A DNA stretch of 64,000 bases from an uncultured Acidobacteriota bacterium (GTDB lineage: Bacteria; Acidobacteriota; Polarisedimenticolia; J045): NCBI GenBank assembly GCA_963702425.1, contig CAVPCQ010000005.1, positions 1-64,000 on the forward strand, in the 5' to 3' direction. Made by a program: the position numbers and the translations under genes. Below, piece by piece: positions 20,312-30,463 of the stretch. Positions within the stretch are counted from its first letter, which is position 1, and each line of letters begins with the position of its first letter. The notes beneath the pieces are model-generated. The model worked only from the letters and a program-made list of their open reading frames with translations. It searched no databases and was not told where the DNA came from.

Positions 20312-23029
20312 GTGAGTGTCCACCGCCCGCAGGTCGTTGTTGCCCTCGCGTTGATCCTCTCCGCGACCGCGTCGGGCCGTGCCCACGCGCAATCCAGCCT
20401 GCTCGACGACTACAGCGCCGCCGCCCAGCTCGCGCGCGGCGGGCAGGTCGACACGGCGTGCGACCGCCTCGCGGCCTTGGCGGTCGAGCACCCCTCCTCG
20501 GTCGCGGTCCATCGCGCGTGGGGCATGCTCGCGGTCCCGGCCCAGCGGACCGGGACGGTTGAACCGCTGCTGCGGGCCCGCGCCGAGCGCGGCTCGAGCG
20601 ACTGGGCGGCGCAGGTCGGGCTGGCGGCCCTGCTGGCTGCGCGCGGGCGAAAGGCGGAGGCCTGGCGCTTCGTCTCCGGCGCCGTCGTTGCGGGGGAACG
20701 CGACCCCCTGATCGTCCCGCTCCTGCTCGATACGGCCCCGGGAACCGACGCTGCGCTGCGCTTCGTCGACGCCGAGATCGCGAAGCACCCGCGCGATGCG
20801 CTGCTGGCCGCGCTCGCCGTCCGCGCCGCGCTCACCGCCGGCCGGATCGTCGCGGCGCGGCGTACGCTCGATGAGGCTCTCGAGCGAGGCCTCGAGCACC
20901 AGGAGCTCTCCCTGCAGCACGCGATCCTGCTGCGCGCCGCGGGGCGGGAGCGGGCGGCGTGCGAGGAGGCTACCCTCGTCGGCTCGGTCGTCGGCTCGGT
21001 CGTCGGCCCGGAGCTCGAGGTCCCCGAGCTCCGCGTGCCGCGCCGCGTCGCCCTGGCTCGGATCCTGATCGCCTGTGGCCGCACGGAGCCGGCCCGCCGC
21101 GTGCTCGCGGCGCTGGGCCCGGCCGTGAGCTTCCCGGGTGAGGTCCCGCTTCGACCGCTTGCGCGCACCGCCGACGCCGAGTGGGCCCTGTCGCGCGAGG
21201 ATCCGCTCGGCGCGCTTGCCCTGCTCGACGAGACCCCCGGCCTCGACGAGGCCCCGGCGGTGCGCGAGTACGCGCTCGCCGTCCGCGCCCGCGCCCTCGC
21301 GCTGCTCGGCGAGATCCCGGCGGAGGTCCGCGAGGCGGCGTTCGAGGCGCTTCCGGACGGGCTCGCACTGGCCGACCGGTCGGCCGCGCTGGCCGCGATC
21401 GCCGGCGACAGCGCTCCGCCGGGCGCGGCCCTGCTGCCGACGCTCGACGGTCTCGCCGCGCGGCTGGAGAACGAGGGGTTCGCCGAGCGCGCCGCGCGGG
21501 TGCGCACGCTCGCCGCGTGGCGCCTGGCGGACGACGATGCGCCGGGCGCGCGCCGGGAGCTGCGCCAGGCACAGGCGCTGTACGCGGGTCGGGAGGACTC
21601 GGCCCAGCTCGCGCTCGCGGTGGCGCTCGTTGAGGCCCGGATGGCCCGCCGGGCCGGCGATCCGGCCGCGGCGCTGCGCGCGCTCGAGTTGGGTCGGACG
21701 GGTACGGCCGGGGTCCCGGGCGCGCTGCTCGCCGCGGCGCACGTGGAAGCGGCGCAGGCGGCACTCGCGTCGGGCGACCCCGCGCGCGCACGGGGCCTGG
21801 CGCGCGAGGGGATGCTCGACGTCCAGGAGGCCGCACGCGGGGGTCTGCAACCGGCCGTCGAAGCGCTGGCCCTGGCCGGCAATCCGGCCGAGCGGGCGGT
21901 GGAGCTGGCCGGCCTGCTGTTCCGTGCAGCTCTGGCCCTCGGCCGCGAGCCGCGGGAGGCCGCGGGGACGTTCGTCCACAACCTGGGGCGCGCGGCCCGC
22001 AGCTGGTCGTTGCTGGAGGCGCCGTGGCCCGACGACCTGGCGAAGCTCGCGCCCAGCATTCCGCGAGGCGGCTGCGCGGTCTTCGCGGCGCTCGGCGAAG
22101 GAGCGCCGGCGCTCGCGGTCGGATTCGGCGGCGAGTTCGAGGTCTCGACGCCCGGCGCGGCATTCGGCGCCGCGCCGTGCGCAGGGGCGAGCACGATCTA
22201 CTGGGCCGGCCCGGCCCCGGCCGAAGGCGGCCTCGCCCCCGCACCCGGCGACCGGCGGTTGCTGCTGCGCTGGATCAGCCCCGTTCCGCAGGGCGAGGGG
22301 TTCCCGGCCAGCCTGCCGGACGACGGCGACGAGCCGGCGCCGGCGGTCGGACCGGGACCCGAGCGGCCGCTGCGCCGGTTGGTCGAGCGGCTGGCCGGAG
22401 CGTCGCCGTCGCAGGACGGCGAAGCCGCCCCGGTTCCCGGCCCGGCGGAAAACGGCACGGCGCGCTGGCCGATCTTCGCCGGAGCGGGCCTGGCCCCCGC
22501 GCGCGCGCCGCTGTCGGCGGGATGGCTGGTTCCTCCCGGGTACCTGCGGAGCTCGGGGTGGCTCGGACCGGAGTCGATCCAGACGATCTCCCCGTCCCGC
22601 GGCCCGGGCCTGGTCGCGGTCGGCCTGCGCGCGATGCCCGAAGGACGGGCGCCGGAGAGCGGCTTGTCGGTGCTCGCCGATTCCGCACTGGTGGCCGGCT
22701 GGCGTTGGGCGCTGCTGGCGCGCACTCCGCTGGCCGCGGAGGAGGTGCAGGCCCTTCGCGCGCGCCTTTCCGCCTGGTCCTCGAACCCCTACAAGGAATC
22801 GCGCCGGCTGGCAGGGTCGTCCCCGGCGACGGCCGCCAAGCTCACCCTCTGGACCGTGCCGGGCCGGCGGAGCGCGCGCGACATCGCGGCCCGCACGTTC
22901 GGCCGGACGCTGGCACTGCTCGGCGCGGCGTCGATCGTCTCGGCCGTGCTGTGGGCCGTCGCGCTCAGGCGACGACGTTCAGGCGGCCGCCCTTCTCGCC
23001 GCCGGGCCCGGCGTGACCGTTCGAGGTGA
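20312..23029 (+). CDS. Secreted TPR-like helical protein with degenerate CHAT-like C-terminal region and C-terminal TM anchor
   Basis: Signal peptide, Ala/Leu/Arg-rich helical repeats, C-terminal hydrophobic helix followed by RRRR. Confidence 0.6.
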   Translation: MSVHRPQVVVALALILSATASGRAHAQSSLLDDYSAAAQLARGGQVDTACDRLAALAVEHPSSVAVHRAWGMLAVPAQRTGTVEPLLRARAERGSSDWAAQVGLAALLAARGRKAEAWRFVSGAVVAGERDPLIVPLLLDTAPGTDAALRFVDAEIAKHPRDALLAALAVRAALTAGRIVAARRTLDEALERGLEHQELSLQHAILLRAAGRERAACEEATLVGSVVGSVVGPELEVPELRVPRRVALARILIACGRTEPARRVLAALGPAVSFPGEVPLRPLARTADAEWALSREDPLGALALLDETPGLDEAPAVREYALAVRARALALLGEIPAEVREAAFEALPDGLALADRSAALAAIAGDSAPPGAALLPTLDGLAARLENEGFAERAARVRTLAAWRLADDDAPGARRELRQAQALYAGREDSAQLALAVALVEARMARRAGDPAAALRALELGRTGTAGVPGALLAAAHVEAAQAALASGDPARARGLAREGMLDVQEAARGGLQPAVEALALAGNPAERAVELAGLLFRAALALGREPREAAGTFVHNLGRAARSWSLLEAPWPDDLAKLAPSIPRGGCAVFAALGEGAPALAVGFGGEFEVSTPGAAFGAAPCAGASTIYWAGPAPAEGGLAPAPGDRRLLLRWISPVPQGEGFPASLPDDGDEPAPAVGPGPERPLRRLVERLAGASPSQDGEAAPVPGPAENGTARWPIFAGAGLAPARAPLSAGWLVPPGYLRSSGWLGPESIQTISPSRGPGLVAVGLRAMPEGRAPESGLSVLADSALVAGWRWALLARTPLAAEEVQALRARLSAWSSNPYKESRRLAGSSPATAAKLTLWTVPGRRSARDIAARTFGRTLALLGAASIVSAVLWAVALRRRRSGGRPSRRRARRDRSR

Positions 23030-23171
23030 CCGACTGGGCCTTGCCGTCGCCTCGCACTTCGTTCCGCTCCCCGCCGCGACGGGGCCGCTCCAGCGGCTGG
23101 GCCGCGTGCTCCTGGGCGGCGCGGGGGACGTCCGCCGTGCCGACGAGCGGGGGAACCGCCGTAGTGGACAC
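22965..23171 (-). CDS. Small 68-aa protein with YjfB-like C-terminus
   Basis: GTG after GAGGTG, downstream of a sigma28-like promoter; MSTTAVPPLVG...GGEKGGRLNVVA. Overlaps the 3' end of the opposite-strand gene. Confidence 0.5.
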   Translation of the reverse strand: MSTTAVPPLVGTADVPRAAQEHAAQPLERPRRGGERNEVRGDGKAQSVTSNGHAGPGGEKGGRLNVVA

Positions 23172-23235
23172 AGGATCACCTCGTGGGTCGTTCGCTCCCC
23201 GGGGAGGCCTGAGGCCGGACTCCCGCTCATCACCC

Positions 23236-23262
23236 TCATCGGCCGCCGTTGCGCGAACTTGA
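23236..23262 (-). promoter_or_regulatory. Putative sigma28 (FliA) promoter
   Basis: TCAAG-ttcgcgcaacggcg-GCCGATGA versus consensus TAAA-N15-GCCGATAA. Confidence 0.65.
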
Positions 23263-23386
23263 GCTCGCCCGGGCGCGGTGCTCCTCATCGGCCCTTCGGG
23301 CGGATCGCGGATCCCGTGGTAAACCATTGAAAAGAAGACGCTTGATGGATACCGGATGAAGTGAGCGGGGGGCCTGCGGGGGCCGG

Positions 23387-24030
23387 TCAGGGAGCCAGGC
23401 GCACCTGGCTCCAGCCCCCGTCGTCCCGGCGCGCGTACCGCAGCCGGTCGTGCATCCGGCTCGGCCGCCCCTGCCAGAACTCGAGACAGTCCGGCCGCAG
23501 CCGGTACCCCCCCACCCTGGCGGCCGGGCCACGTCGCGTTCCGCGAAGCGCACCGTCGCGTCCTCCAGGCGGCGCTCGAGGTCGTCGCGGGACGGGACCG
23601 GCTCGCTCTGCGGCGAAGCCCAGGCGCCCAGTTGGCTGGCGCGCGGGCGGCGGGCGAAGTAGAGGTCGGCGACGGCGTCCGCCGTGCGCTCGACCCGGCC
23701 TTCGACCCGAATCTGGCGCTCGAGTTCGAGCCAGACGAAGCAGAGCGCGGCGGCCGGGTTCGCGGCCAGCTCGCGACCCTTGCGGCTGGCGTCGTGCGTG
23801 AAGAACACGAACGTCCCCTCGTCGACAGATTTCAGCAGCACGGCGCGCGACGACGGCCGCCCGTCCGGGGTCGCCGTGGAGAGCACCATCGCGTTCGGAT
23901 CGGGAAGCCCGGCCTCGATCGCGTCGTCGAGCCAGGCCCGGAACAGGCGCAGCGGATCGTCGCCGGCGTCCGTCTCGGACAGTCCGCGCGCGCGGTATTC
24001 GCGCCTCAGATCGGCCAGTTCTCGGTCCAT
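23387..24030 (-). CDS. pdxH: Pyridoxamine 5'-phosphate oxidase, frameshifted in a G7 run at ~23510
   Basis: [48 protein letters not shown], then in the next frame [18 protein letters not shown]...RLAP. Confidence 0.9.
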
Positions 24031-26021
24031 CAGCGCGGCCTCTCCCTTGCCTCGTCGGCCGGGGCGGCCTCGGAAGACGCCCCGCTGTCCGGCGCACCGT
24101 CGGGCGTCTCGGCCAGCGCACGCAGTCCGGCCTGGGCCCGGCCTGCAAGTCTATCCGCTTCGCCGCACTCGGAAACGACCGTCGCGAGCTCCGCCGCCGC
24201 GTCCGCGCGTCGTCCGCCGCGCCGCAGCGCGTCGGCGCGCTCCAGCCGGATGCGGCAGGCCGCGAGCGGCGGCACGCCGCGCAGGTGGAAGTCGGGGCGC
24301 CCCGCCGTGCGGGGGTGGTCGGGGTCGGCGTCGAGGGCCTGCCGGTAGGTCGCGGCGGCCTCGTCGAAGCGCCCCAGGGCGGCGAGGCAGCGCGCCGTCG
24401 AGCGCGTCGCTGCCAGCCGCCAATCCGCCGAGACGTCGGCCCGCGCGGTGACCCGCGCGTAATGGTCGAGCGCCTCGGCGCATGCCCCCTGCACGCGCAG
24501 CGTGTCGGCGAGGCGGATCCGGACCATCACGTCGTCGGGGTCGCGTTCGGCGGCCCGGCGGCGCCAGGCGAGCGCTTCGGCGGAACGTCCCGCGTCGGCC
24601 GCCGCGTCGGCCAGGTTCAGTTCCTCCGACGGCGGCAGCTGCGTGTGCGCCGGGATCGTCGCCGACGCCACGACCGCCAGCAGCAGGGCGAGTCCGATCG
24701 CGAGCGCGACGCGGCGGCGCCCGCCCTCGCGCCAGAGCGCGGGGGTCCGGACCCAGCCGGCGGCGGCCGGGGCGAGCAGCAGGACGACCGCCGGGAGGCG
24801 GAAGCGGGCGGTGTTGAAGAACAGGATCGGCGTCACGGCCCAGGCCGCCGCGAGCACCAGCCACGGCGCGGCGGCGGCCGCGCGCCGACGGTCCAGCAGC
24901 GCCAGGCCGGCGCCGATCAGCGGCGCGAGCAGTCCGAACGGAAGCGCCAGCCTGCGCCCCTGCACCAGCAGCGCGGCGAGCAGCGGGGAGTGGCGCGAGG
25001 CGTCCTCGAAGCGCTGGTTGTTGGCGATCTCGTAGCCCGAAAGCAAGAGCACGGCCTTGCGACCGACGAGCCCGAGCGCCGTCGCCGGGTGCGCGGCCGC
25101 GGCGGCGAGCGCCTGGCGCACGAAGAACCGCTGGTGGTCCGCTCCGCGGGTCAGTCCGAGCTCGGCCGGCGCGTCGTAGAGGCGCATCCACGCGAGATCG
25201 GGATTCCAGTTCCCCGACGCCTGGTCGAAGCCGGGATCGTTGCCCATGAAGAGGTTGATCCCGCCGTTCCACGAGATCAGCACCGGGTCGTTCGCCACCA
25301 GCACGTTGCGCGCCGTCGCCGGCAGGACGACGGCGAGCGCCGGAACCAGGACGAGCGCCGCCGCGCGCACCGGGCGCAGCCCGCTCCAGTCGCCGCGCCG
25401 CGCGCCCGCCGCAGCCCAGCCGGCGGCAGCGAGGACCGCGAGGAGCCCGTCGGCACGCGTCAGCGCGACGAGTCCCAGCAGCGCGCCGCCGATCGCCAGC
25501 GTCCTGGCGCGCGCTCCGTCCTGGAGCCTCTGCGCGTCGGCGAGCCGGCTCGCCGCGAGAAGCAGCAGCACGGCGGTCAGCGAGACCGGGAGCAGCACCG
25601 CGTCGTAGAAGAGTGCAATGCCGTTCAGCGCGAGCGCGAGGCCCGCCGCCCAGGCCGCCGCCGGTCCGCCGAGGCGCTCGGCCGCGCGCGCCACCAGTCC
25701 GACGGCGACCACCCCGAGTCCGACCGACAGCAGCCGCCCGGCCACGACGCCGCCCACGGGCCCGAGCAACGCCATCAGCGCCGCCAGCAGGTAGGAGTAG
25801 AGCGGCCCCTTGTAGAACGCGGCGCTCCCGGGAAGCAGCCAGCCGGTGTCGAGGATCCGCAGCGCCTCCTTCGCGTGAAACAGGCTGTCGACGACCGGGA
25901 CCGCGAACAGCGGGTCGCGCGCGGCGAGCAGGCCGAGATGGGCGAGACGCAGCACCGCCGCGACCGCGACGGGAACGGCGATGCACGCCGGCAGGCGGAG
26001 CTGTCGCGCGGGAGCGGTCAT
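24030..26021 (-). CDS. GT-C fold (GT39/PMT-like) membrane glycosyltransferase with C-terminal TPRs
   Basis: VDSLFH first-loop Asp, [24 protein letters not shown], about 11 TM helices, then TPR-like repeats. Confidence 0.78.
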   Translation of the reverse strand: MTAPARQLRLPACIAVPVAVAAVLRLAHLGLLAARDPLFAVPVVDSLFHAKEALRILDTGWLLPGSAAFYKGPLYSYLLAALMALLGPVGGVVAGRLLSVGLGVVAVGLVARAAERLGGPAAAWAAGLALALNGIALFYDAVLLPVSLTAVLLLLAASRLADAQRLQDGARARTLAIGGALLGLVALTRADGLLAVLAAAGWAAAGARRGDWSGLRPVRAAALVLVPALAVVLPATARNVLVANDPVLISWNGGINLFMGNDPGFDQASGNWNPDLAWMRLYDAPAELGLTRGADHQRFFVRQALAAAAAHPATALGLVGRKAVLLLSGYEIANNQRFEDASRHSPLLAALLVQGRRLALPFGLLAPLIGAGLALLDRRRAAAAAPWLVLAAAWAVTPILFFNTARFRLPAVVLLLAPAAAGWVRTPALWREGGRRRVALAIGLALLLAVVASATIPAHTQLPPSEELNLADAAADAGRSAEALAWRRRAAERDPDDVMVRIRLADTLRVQGACAEALDHYARVTARADVSADWRLAATRSTARCLAALGRFDEAAATYRQALDADPDHPRTAGRPDFHLRGVPPLAACRIRLERADALRRGGRRADAAAELATVVSECGEADRLAGRAQAGLRALAETPDGAPDSGASSEAAPADEARERPR

Positions 26022-26268
26022 GCGGCGCGGATTCTAGCGCGGATCATCCGGAGGGAGCCGATGCGGTGCCGCGACGTGGGGGGCGGGGAACGGCGCAGCC
26101 CGGACGGGCCGCCCCACCGTGGCGGCGCCTGCCGGACGGCAGGCCCCGGGGATCTCCGCCGCGCCGTCCCGCTCGCGGGAATCCCGCAGCGGGGAGGAAC
26201 CGCCCCACTCCCACTTTCCATTTCTCACGTCGGGGCCGACGATCATCAGGAGACAAGGAGGACATGCC

Positions 26269-26613
26269 ATGACAGGATTTTCGCTCGCCCTTCCGCTGCT
26301 CATGCTCTCGCTCGCGCCCGCTCCCCCCGCCGATCACACCACCCCCACCTGTCCGGCGCCCGGCGCCGCGCGGCTGCTCCTCGATGCGCGGCTTCCGGCG
26401 GCGGACGACCCCCGCCTCAACGGTTCGTGGCTCGACTGCTACGTGGCGTGCATCGAATCCCAGTGGCCGGGGTGCGTCAACCAGTGCGGCTCGCACGACC
26501 CGATGACGAACCCCTGCCTCGCGGTCTGCTACGACTCGATCGCGCTAGGCTGCGCGATCGGCTGCACGCACTGGGGGGGGGTGCCGAACGCCCTCGACGC
26601 GGGGACCCCCTGA
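26269..26613 (+). CDS. Small secreted Cys-rich protein (4x CX3C)
   Basis: Strong RBS AAGGAGG, signal-like N-terminus, 114 aa with 9 Cys. Confidence 0.75.
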   Translation: MTGFSLALPLLMLSLAPAPPADHTTPTCPAPGAARLLLDARLPAADDPRLNGSWLDCYVACIESQWPGCVNQCGSHDPMTNPCLAVCYDSIALGCAIGCTHWGGVPNALDAGTP

Positions 26614-26912
26614 CCCGAGGCGGAAACGCCCGGACGGCCCGACCGCTTTTCGGACGCGCCGTCCGGACGGAGCTCGCGCCGGAGGCTGCCGTCGACGGCG
26701 CAAGCCGTTGACGCACCGGTGCTTGGCGCGTGGCACCGGGATCGCATGGGTGATCGGCACAGGAGGCCGCCGCAGCCTCTCCTCCTTCCTCCTCCGAACC
26801 AGGCCCCGGGCCGGGCTCCCGGGTGCACGCGGCGGCCAGGGTGGACTCATGGGGAGCGGGACGCCGCTCCCCGACTTTTTCCTCCGCCCGCGGGGCGGGC
26901 TAGACTGCCGGC

Positions 26913-28715
26913 ATGCGCCGCATCGCCCGGGCTTCCCTGCTCCCCGCACTCTGCGCTCTGCTGCTCCTCGCTCCCCTCGCGCGCGGCCAGCAGCCGCCCC
27001 CGCCCGCCGCGCCGCCCCCCGCTCCTCCTCCCGCCGACTCCGAGATCGAGGAGAAGGTGACCGTGCGCCTCGCCGAGGTGCAGATCCTGGTCACCGGCCG
27101 CGACGGCAACCCGATCACCGACCTCAAGCCCGGTGAGGTCGAGGTCCGCGAGGACGGCGAGTCGTGCAAGGTCGCCTACCTCGAACCGTTCTCGACCGCC
27201 GGTTCCCTGAGCAAGGCGATCCCCCAGCCCACTCCGGTCGCCGCGCCGGGCGAGAAGGCGGCCGCCCCGGAGGTCCCGGTCGCGATCCCCAACCCGGCGC
27301 CCCAGCGCTGGGTCGTCATCCTGTTCGACGTGCTCAACTCCCGCACGATGGACCGCAAGCACTGGGTCGCCGCGTCCCGCAACTGGGTCGCCACCGAAAT
27401 GCGGCCCGAAGACCGGGTGGCCCTGATGGTGCTCGAGAGCCAGGGTGCGGTGCGGGAGCTGGTGCCCTTCACCGGCGACCGGGAACTGCTCTCGCACGCA
27501 CTGGCGGAGGACACGCTGCTCGACGGCTATCCGCACCAGGACTACACCAACGACATGCGGCGCATCGTCGAGGACCTGACCGAGACCTGCGGCGAGTCGC
27601 GGGATCCCCAGGCCTGCATGAGCGGGGCCACCGACCCGATCGTGTTCGAGTGGCGCGGCCGCGGGGAGCAGACCCTGCGCGGCCTGACGCGGCTCTCGGG
27701 CAGCCTGGGCGCGATCCCGGGACGGAAGGCGGTCCTGTTCCTCGGCCCGGGCATCGTCGCCGATCCCCGGCTGGTCGCAGCCAACGCCGCGGTCGCCGTC
27801 TTCGGCATGGACCGTCTGAACGTCAATTCGGCCCTGCTCGCGCGGGACGCCGACCTCAACCAGCTGCTGCTGGAGATGACCCGCATCGCCGCCACCGCGG
27901 ACGTCAGCTTCTTCACCATCGACAGCCGCCCGTCGTCGTTGCGCGACCAGTCGACCAGCGTCGAGCAGAGCGACGGCATGGCCGAGCGACGGCTGTTCGA
28001 TCCGTTCCAGCAGATCTTCGACACGACCCGCGGATCGCTCGACACGATCTCGATCCGCACCGGGGGCCGCTCGCTGCACGGCACCGCGCTGGACAAGAAC
28101 CTGCCGATCCTCGCCCGCTCGGTCGAGGGGACGTACAGCCTCGGCTTCTACCGCGATCCGACCTCGTCACGACGGCCGAACGTGAAGGTCAAGGTGGCCC
28201 GCCGCGGGGCCGTGGTCACCTTTCCCGACCGGTACGACTCGCGCCGTGACGAGCCGACCACGATCCCGGTCGAGATCGCGATCGGCAAGACCGAGGGGCT
28301 GGCCGGCGGCATCCTGGTGCCGGTCGTGATCCAGGCCCGCGCTTCGGCGCTGACCTTCCAGGAGGAAGAGGGGCAGGACATGGCGCGCCTCTCGGTCTAC
28401 GCCGAGGCGATCACCCGCGACGGGAAGCGCGAGGCTTCGGCCTACCAGCAGGTCGAGGTCCGGCTCGACATCTCCCGGCGGGCGGACCGGGCCCGCATGG
28501 CCTTCTCTCACGAGGTCCCGCTGGTCCTCCCCCCGGGTGGCTACCGGATCCGGGTCCGGCTCTCGGAGGTCAGCTTCAAGCACGTGTCGGACAGGTCCAT
28601 CGACATCACCCTGAACAGCGACGGAACGGTGACGCCGGGCATCCAAAAATCCGTACCAATTCAAGGATCCGAGCGTCCCGAGCCCCCCCCGGCAGCCGCT
28701 GAGCGGCCGTTCTGA
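26913..28715 (+). CDS. VWA domain protein, Acidobacterial VWFA-related type
   Basis: Signal peptide; VTVRLAEVQILVTGRDGNPITDL..EVREDG; ILFDVLNS; DRVAL; PGRKAVLF; TGGR; YSLGFY. Confidence 0.8.
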   Translation: MRRIARASLLPALCALLLLAPLARGQQPPPPAAPPPAPPPADSEIEEKVTVRLAEVQILVTGRDGNPITDLKPGEVEVREDGESCKVAYLEPFSTAGSLSKAIPQPTPVAAPGEKAAAPEVPVAIPNPAPQRWVVILFDVLNSRTMDRKHWVAASRNWVATEMRPEDRVALMVLESQGAVRELVPFTGDRELLSHALAEDTLLDGYPHQDYTNDMRRIVEDLTETCGESRDPQACMSGATDPIVFEWRGRGEQTLRGLTRLSGSLGAIPGRKAVLFLGPGIVADPRLVAANAAVAVFGMDRLNVNSALLARDADLNQLLLEMTRIAATADVSFFTIDSRPSSLRDQSTSVEQSDGMAERRLFDPFQQIFDTTRGSLDTISIRTGGRSLHGTALDKNLPILARSVEGTYSLGFYRDPTSSRRPNVKVKVARRGAVVTFPDRYDSRRDEPTTIPVEIAIGKTEGLAGGILVPVVIQARASALTFQEEEGQDMARLSVYAEAITRDGKREASAYQQVEVRLDISRRADRARMAFSHEVPLVLPPGGYRIRVRLSEVSFKHVSDRSIDITLNSDGTVTPGIQKSVPIQGSERPEPPPAAAERPF

Positions 28716-28973
28716 CCGTCGAAGTATCTCTTAATGAGAGAGTTGGCCCTCCTAACGTAACTTGGCAGGCATTTTGCCTATGGTTCGGGTGGAAGGGTCC
28801 GCCCAGCCGGGGTTGCTTTGCCCGGTTTGGCCGGGCGGGGTGTCCCGGTAGGGTGCTTCCCGGCGTTCCCACCCGGCGTCGGGGGCTTCGGAGGCCTGGA
28901 GGTCCGGCCGCGGCGAAGTCGCCTCGGCCCCCAGTGCCCTGGGGTGCACCCGAGGCGCCCAAGGAGAGACGGG

Positions 28974-30332
28974 ATGTCGCGTGATGGTTCGGGATCCGTT
29001 CGCAGCGCGCTGCGACTGCTCGGGGTCGGCCTCGTCCTCGGCGCCGCGGTGGTCGGCGCTGCGCTGGCCCAGGAGACGCTGCGCATCGCCGGGGACGTCG
29101 CGAACCCGGGCGGGGAGCCGGTGGTCGGCGCGGAGGTCCTCCTGTCGCCCTCCGCCAACGGTCAGCCCATTTCCGGCGGCGTGCCGCAGCGGGCCAAGAC
29201 CAACAAGAAGGGGCACTTCACGATCGCCTTCGCCCGCCCCGGCGAGTACCTCATGTCGGTCACCGCGCCCGAGCTCGTGCTGACCAAGCTCTCGATGAAG
29301 ATCCGCGACGCGTCGAAGAAGCCGATGACGCTCGCGGACGGCACGGAGCTGAAGGACATCGTCGACGCCGCGGTCGACCCGGCCCGCAAGGAGATCCCGA
29401 TCGCGATCCCCAAGAACGCGTTCTACGTCGACTTCGTCCTGGTCCTCGGCCCCCCGCAGGCGGCCCGCGCCGCGACGCGCGCGACCGACCCGGCGGCGGT
29501 GGCCGCCGAGGCCACGATCAAGGAGCTGATGAAGGCGCGCGACGACCTGATCGCCGGGAACTTCGAGATCGTCGTCACGGGAATCGACAGCGCCCTGGAG
29601 AAGAAGGAAACGCTCGCGGACCCGAAGGACCTCGCGATCGCCCAGTACATGAAGGGCTACGCGCTGTTCAAGCTCGGCCGCGCGCCGGAAGCGGAAGCCG
29701 CGCTGGGCGAGGCGATCGCCGCCGACCCGACGATGACGGACGCCTACGTGATGCGGGCCGGCATCCTGGTCGAGTCCAAACGGTTCGACGAAGCGGCCGA
29801 GGCGTTCCGCAAGGCGCTCGAGCTCAACACCGACCCGGCCCGGCGCCCGGCCCTGCTCGCCAACCTCGGGAAGGCACTGATCGAGGCCGGCAAGGTCGAC
29901 CAGTCGGTCGTCTACCTCGAGGAAGCGCGCACGCTCGCGCCCGACGACACGGACGTGATCGTGAACCTCGTGGATGTCTACACCCGGCTCGGCCGGGCCG
30001 ACGACGCCGAGGCGCTGATCTCCGACAAGCTGTCGCCCAAGGACGCAGCGACGCTGCACTTCAACATCGCGGCCATGAATGCCAACGCCAAGAACTACGC
30101 GGAGGCCGAGCAGCACTTCCGCCAGGTGATCGCGCTCGACCCGTCCCTCGTGACGGCCCAGCGCTACCTGGCCGAGGTGCTCCTCGCACAGGAGAAGCGC
30201 GAGGAGGCGCTCGCCGAGTACGAGAAGTACCTGCAGGTCTACCCCGGCGCGGAGGACGCGGCCGAGGTGAAGCAGATGATGGACGCCCTCAAGAAGTCGA
30301 TGCCGAAACCGGGGGGCGCGAAGAAGAAGTGA
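28974..30332 (+). CDS. Secreted carboxypeptidase-regulatory-like domain plus TPR protein
   Basis: AAGGAGA RBS; signal peptide; G.PVVGAEV...KTNKKGHF..PGEY; multiple TPRs ending YEKYLQVYP. Confidence 0.8.
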   Translation: MSRDGSGSVRSALRLLGVGLVLGAAVVGAALAQETLRIAGDVANPGGEPVVGAEVLLSPSANGQPISGGVPQRAKTNKKGHFTIAFARPGEYLMSVTAPELVLTKLSMKIRDASKKPMTLADGTELKDIVDAAVDPARKEIPIAIPKNAFYVDFVLVLGPPQAARAATRATDPAAVAAEATIKELMKARDDLIAGNFEIVVTGIDSALEKKETLADPKDLAIAQYMKGYALFKLGRAPEAEAALGEAIAADPTMTDAYVMRAGILVESKRFDEAAEAFRKALELNTDPARRPALLANLGKALIEAGKVDQSVVYLEEARTLAPDDTDVIVNLVDVYTRLGRADDAEALISDKLSPKDAATLHFNIAAMNANAKNYAEAEQHFRQVIALDPSLVTAQRYLAEVLLAQEKREEALAEYEKYLQVYPGAEDAAEVKQMMDALKKSMPKPGGAKKK

Positions 30333-30463
30333 CGCCGGCGCACGATGCTCCGGCGTGACCATGGGAGCGCCGGGGGCCGCGTGGGGCGGTTCCCGGCCGG
30401 AACGGACGCTGGCCGCCACCAGAGCGACCAGCGAGGGAAACAGGGAACAGAGGAGGCACAGAC

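Noticed and set aside
23285-23292. Second GCCGATGA box upstream of the small ORF
   Set aside because: No TCAAG/TAAA element at the proper spacing.
26050-26260. Hairpin-rich leader before the Cys-rich gene as a riboswitch
   Set aside because: Only generic GC hairpins; no conserved aptamer motif recognised.
28716-28800. Locally AT-rich patch as foreign DNA
   Set aside because: Short and intergenic; consistent with the promoter region of the TPR/TBDR genes.
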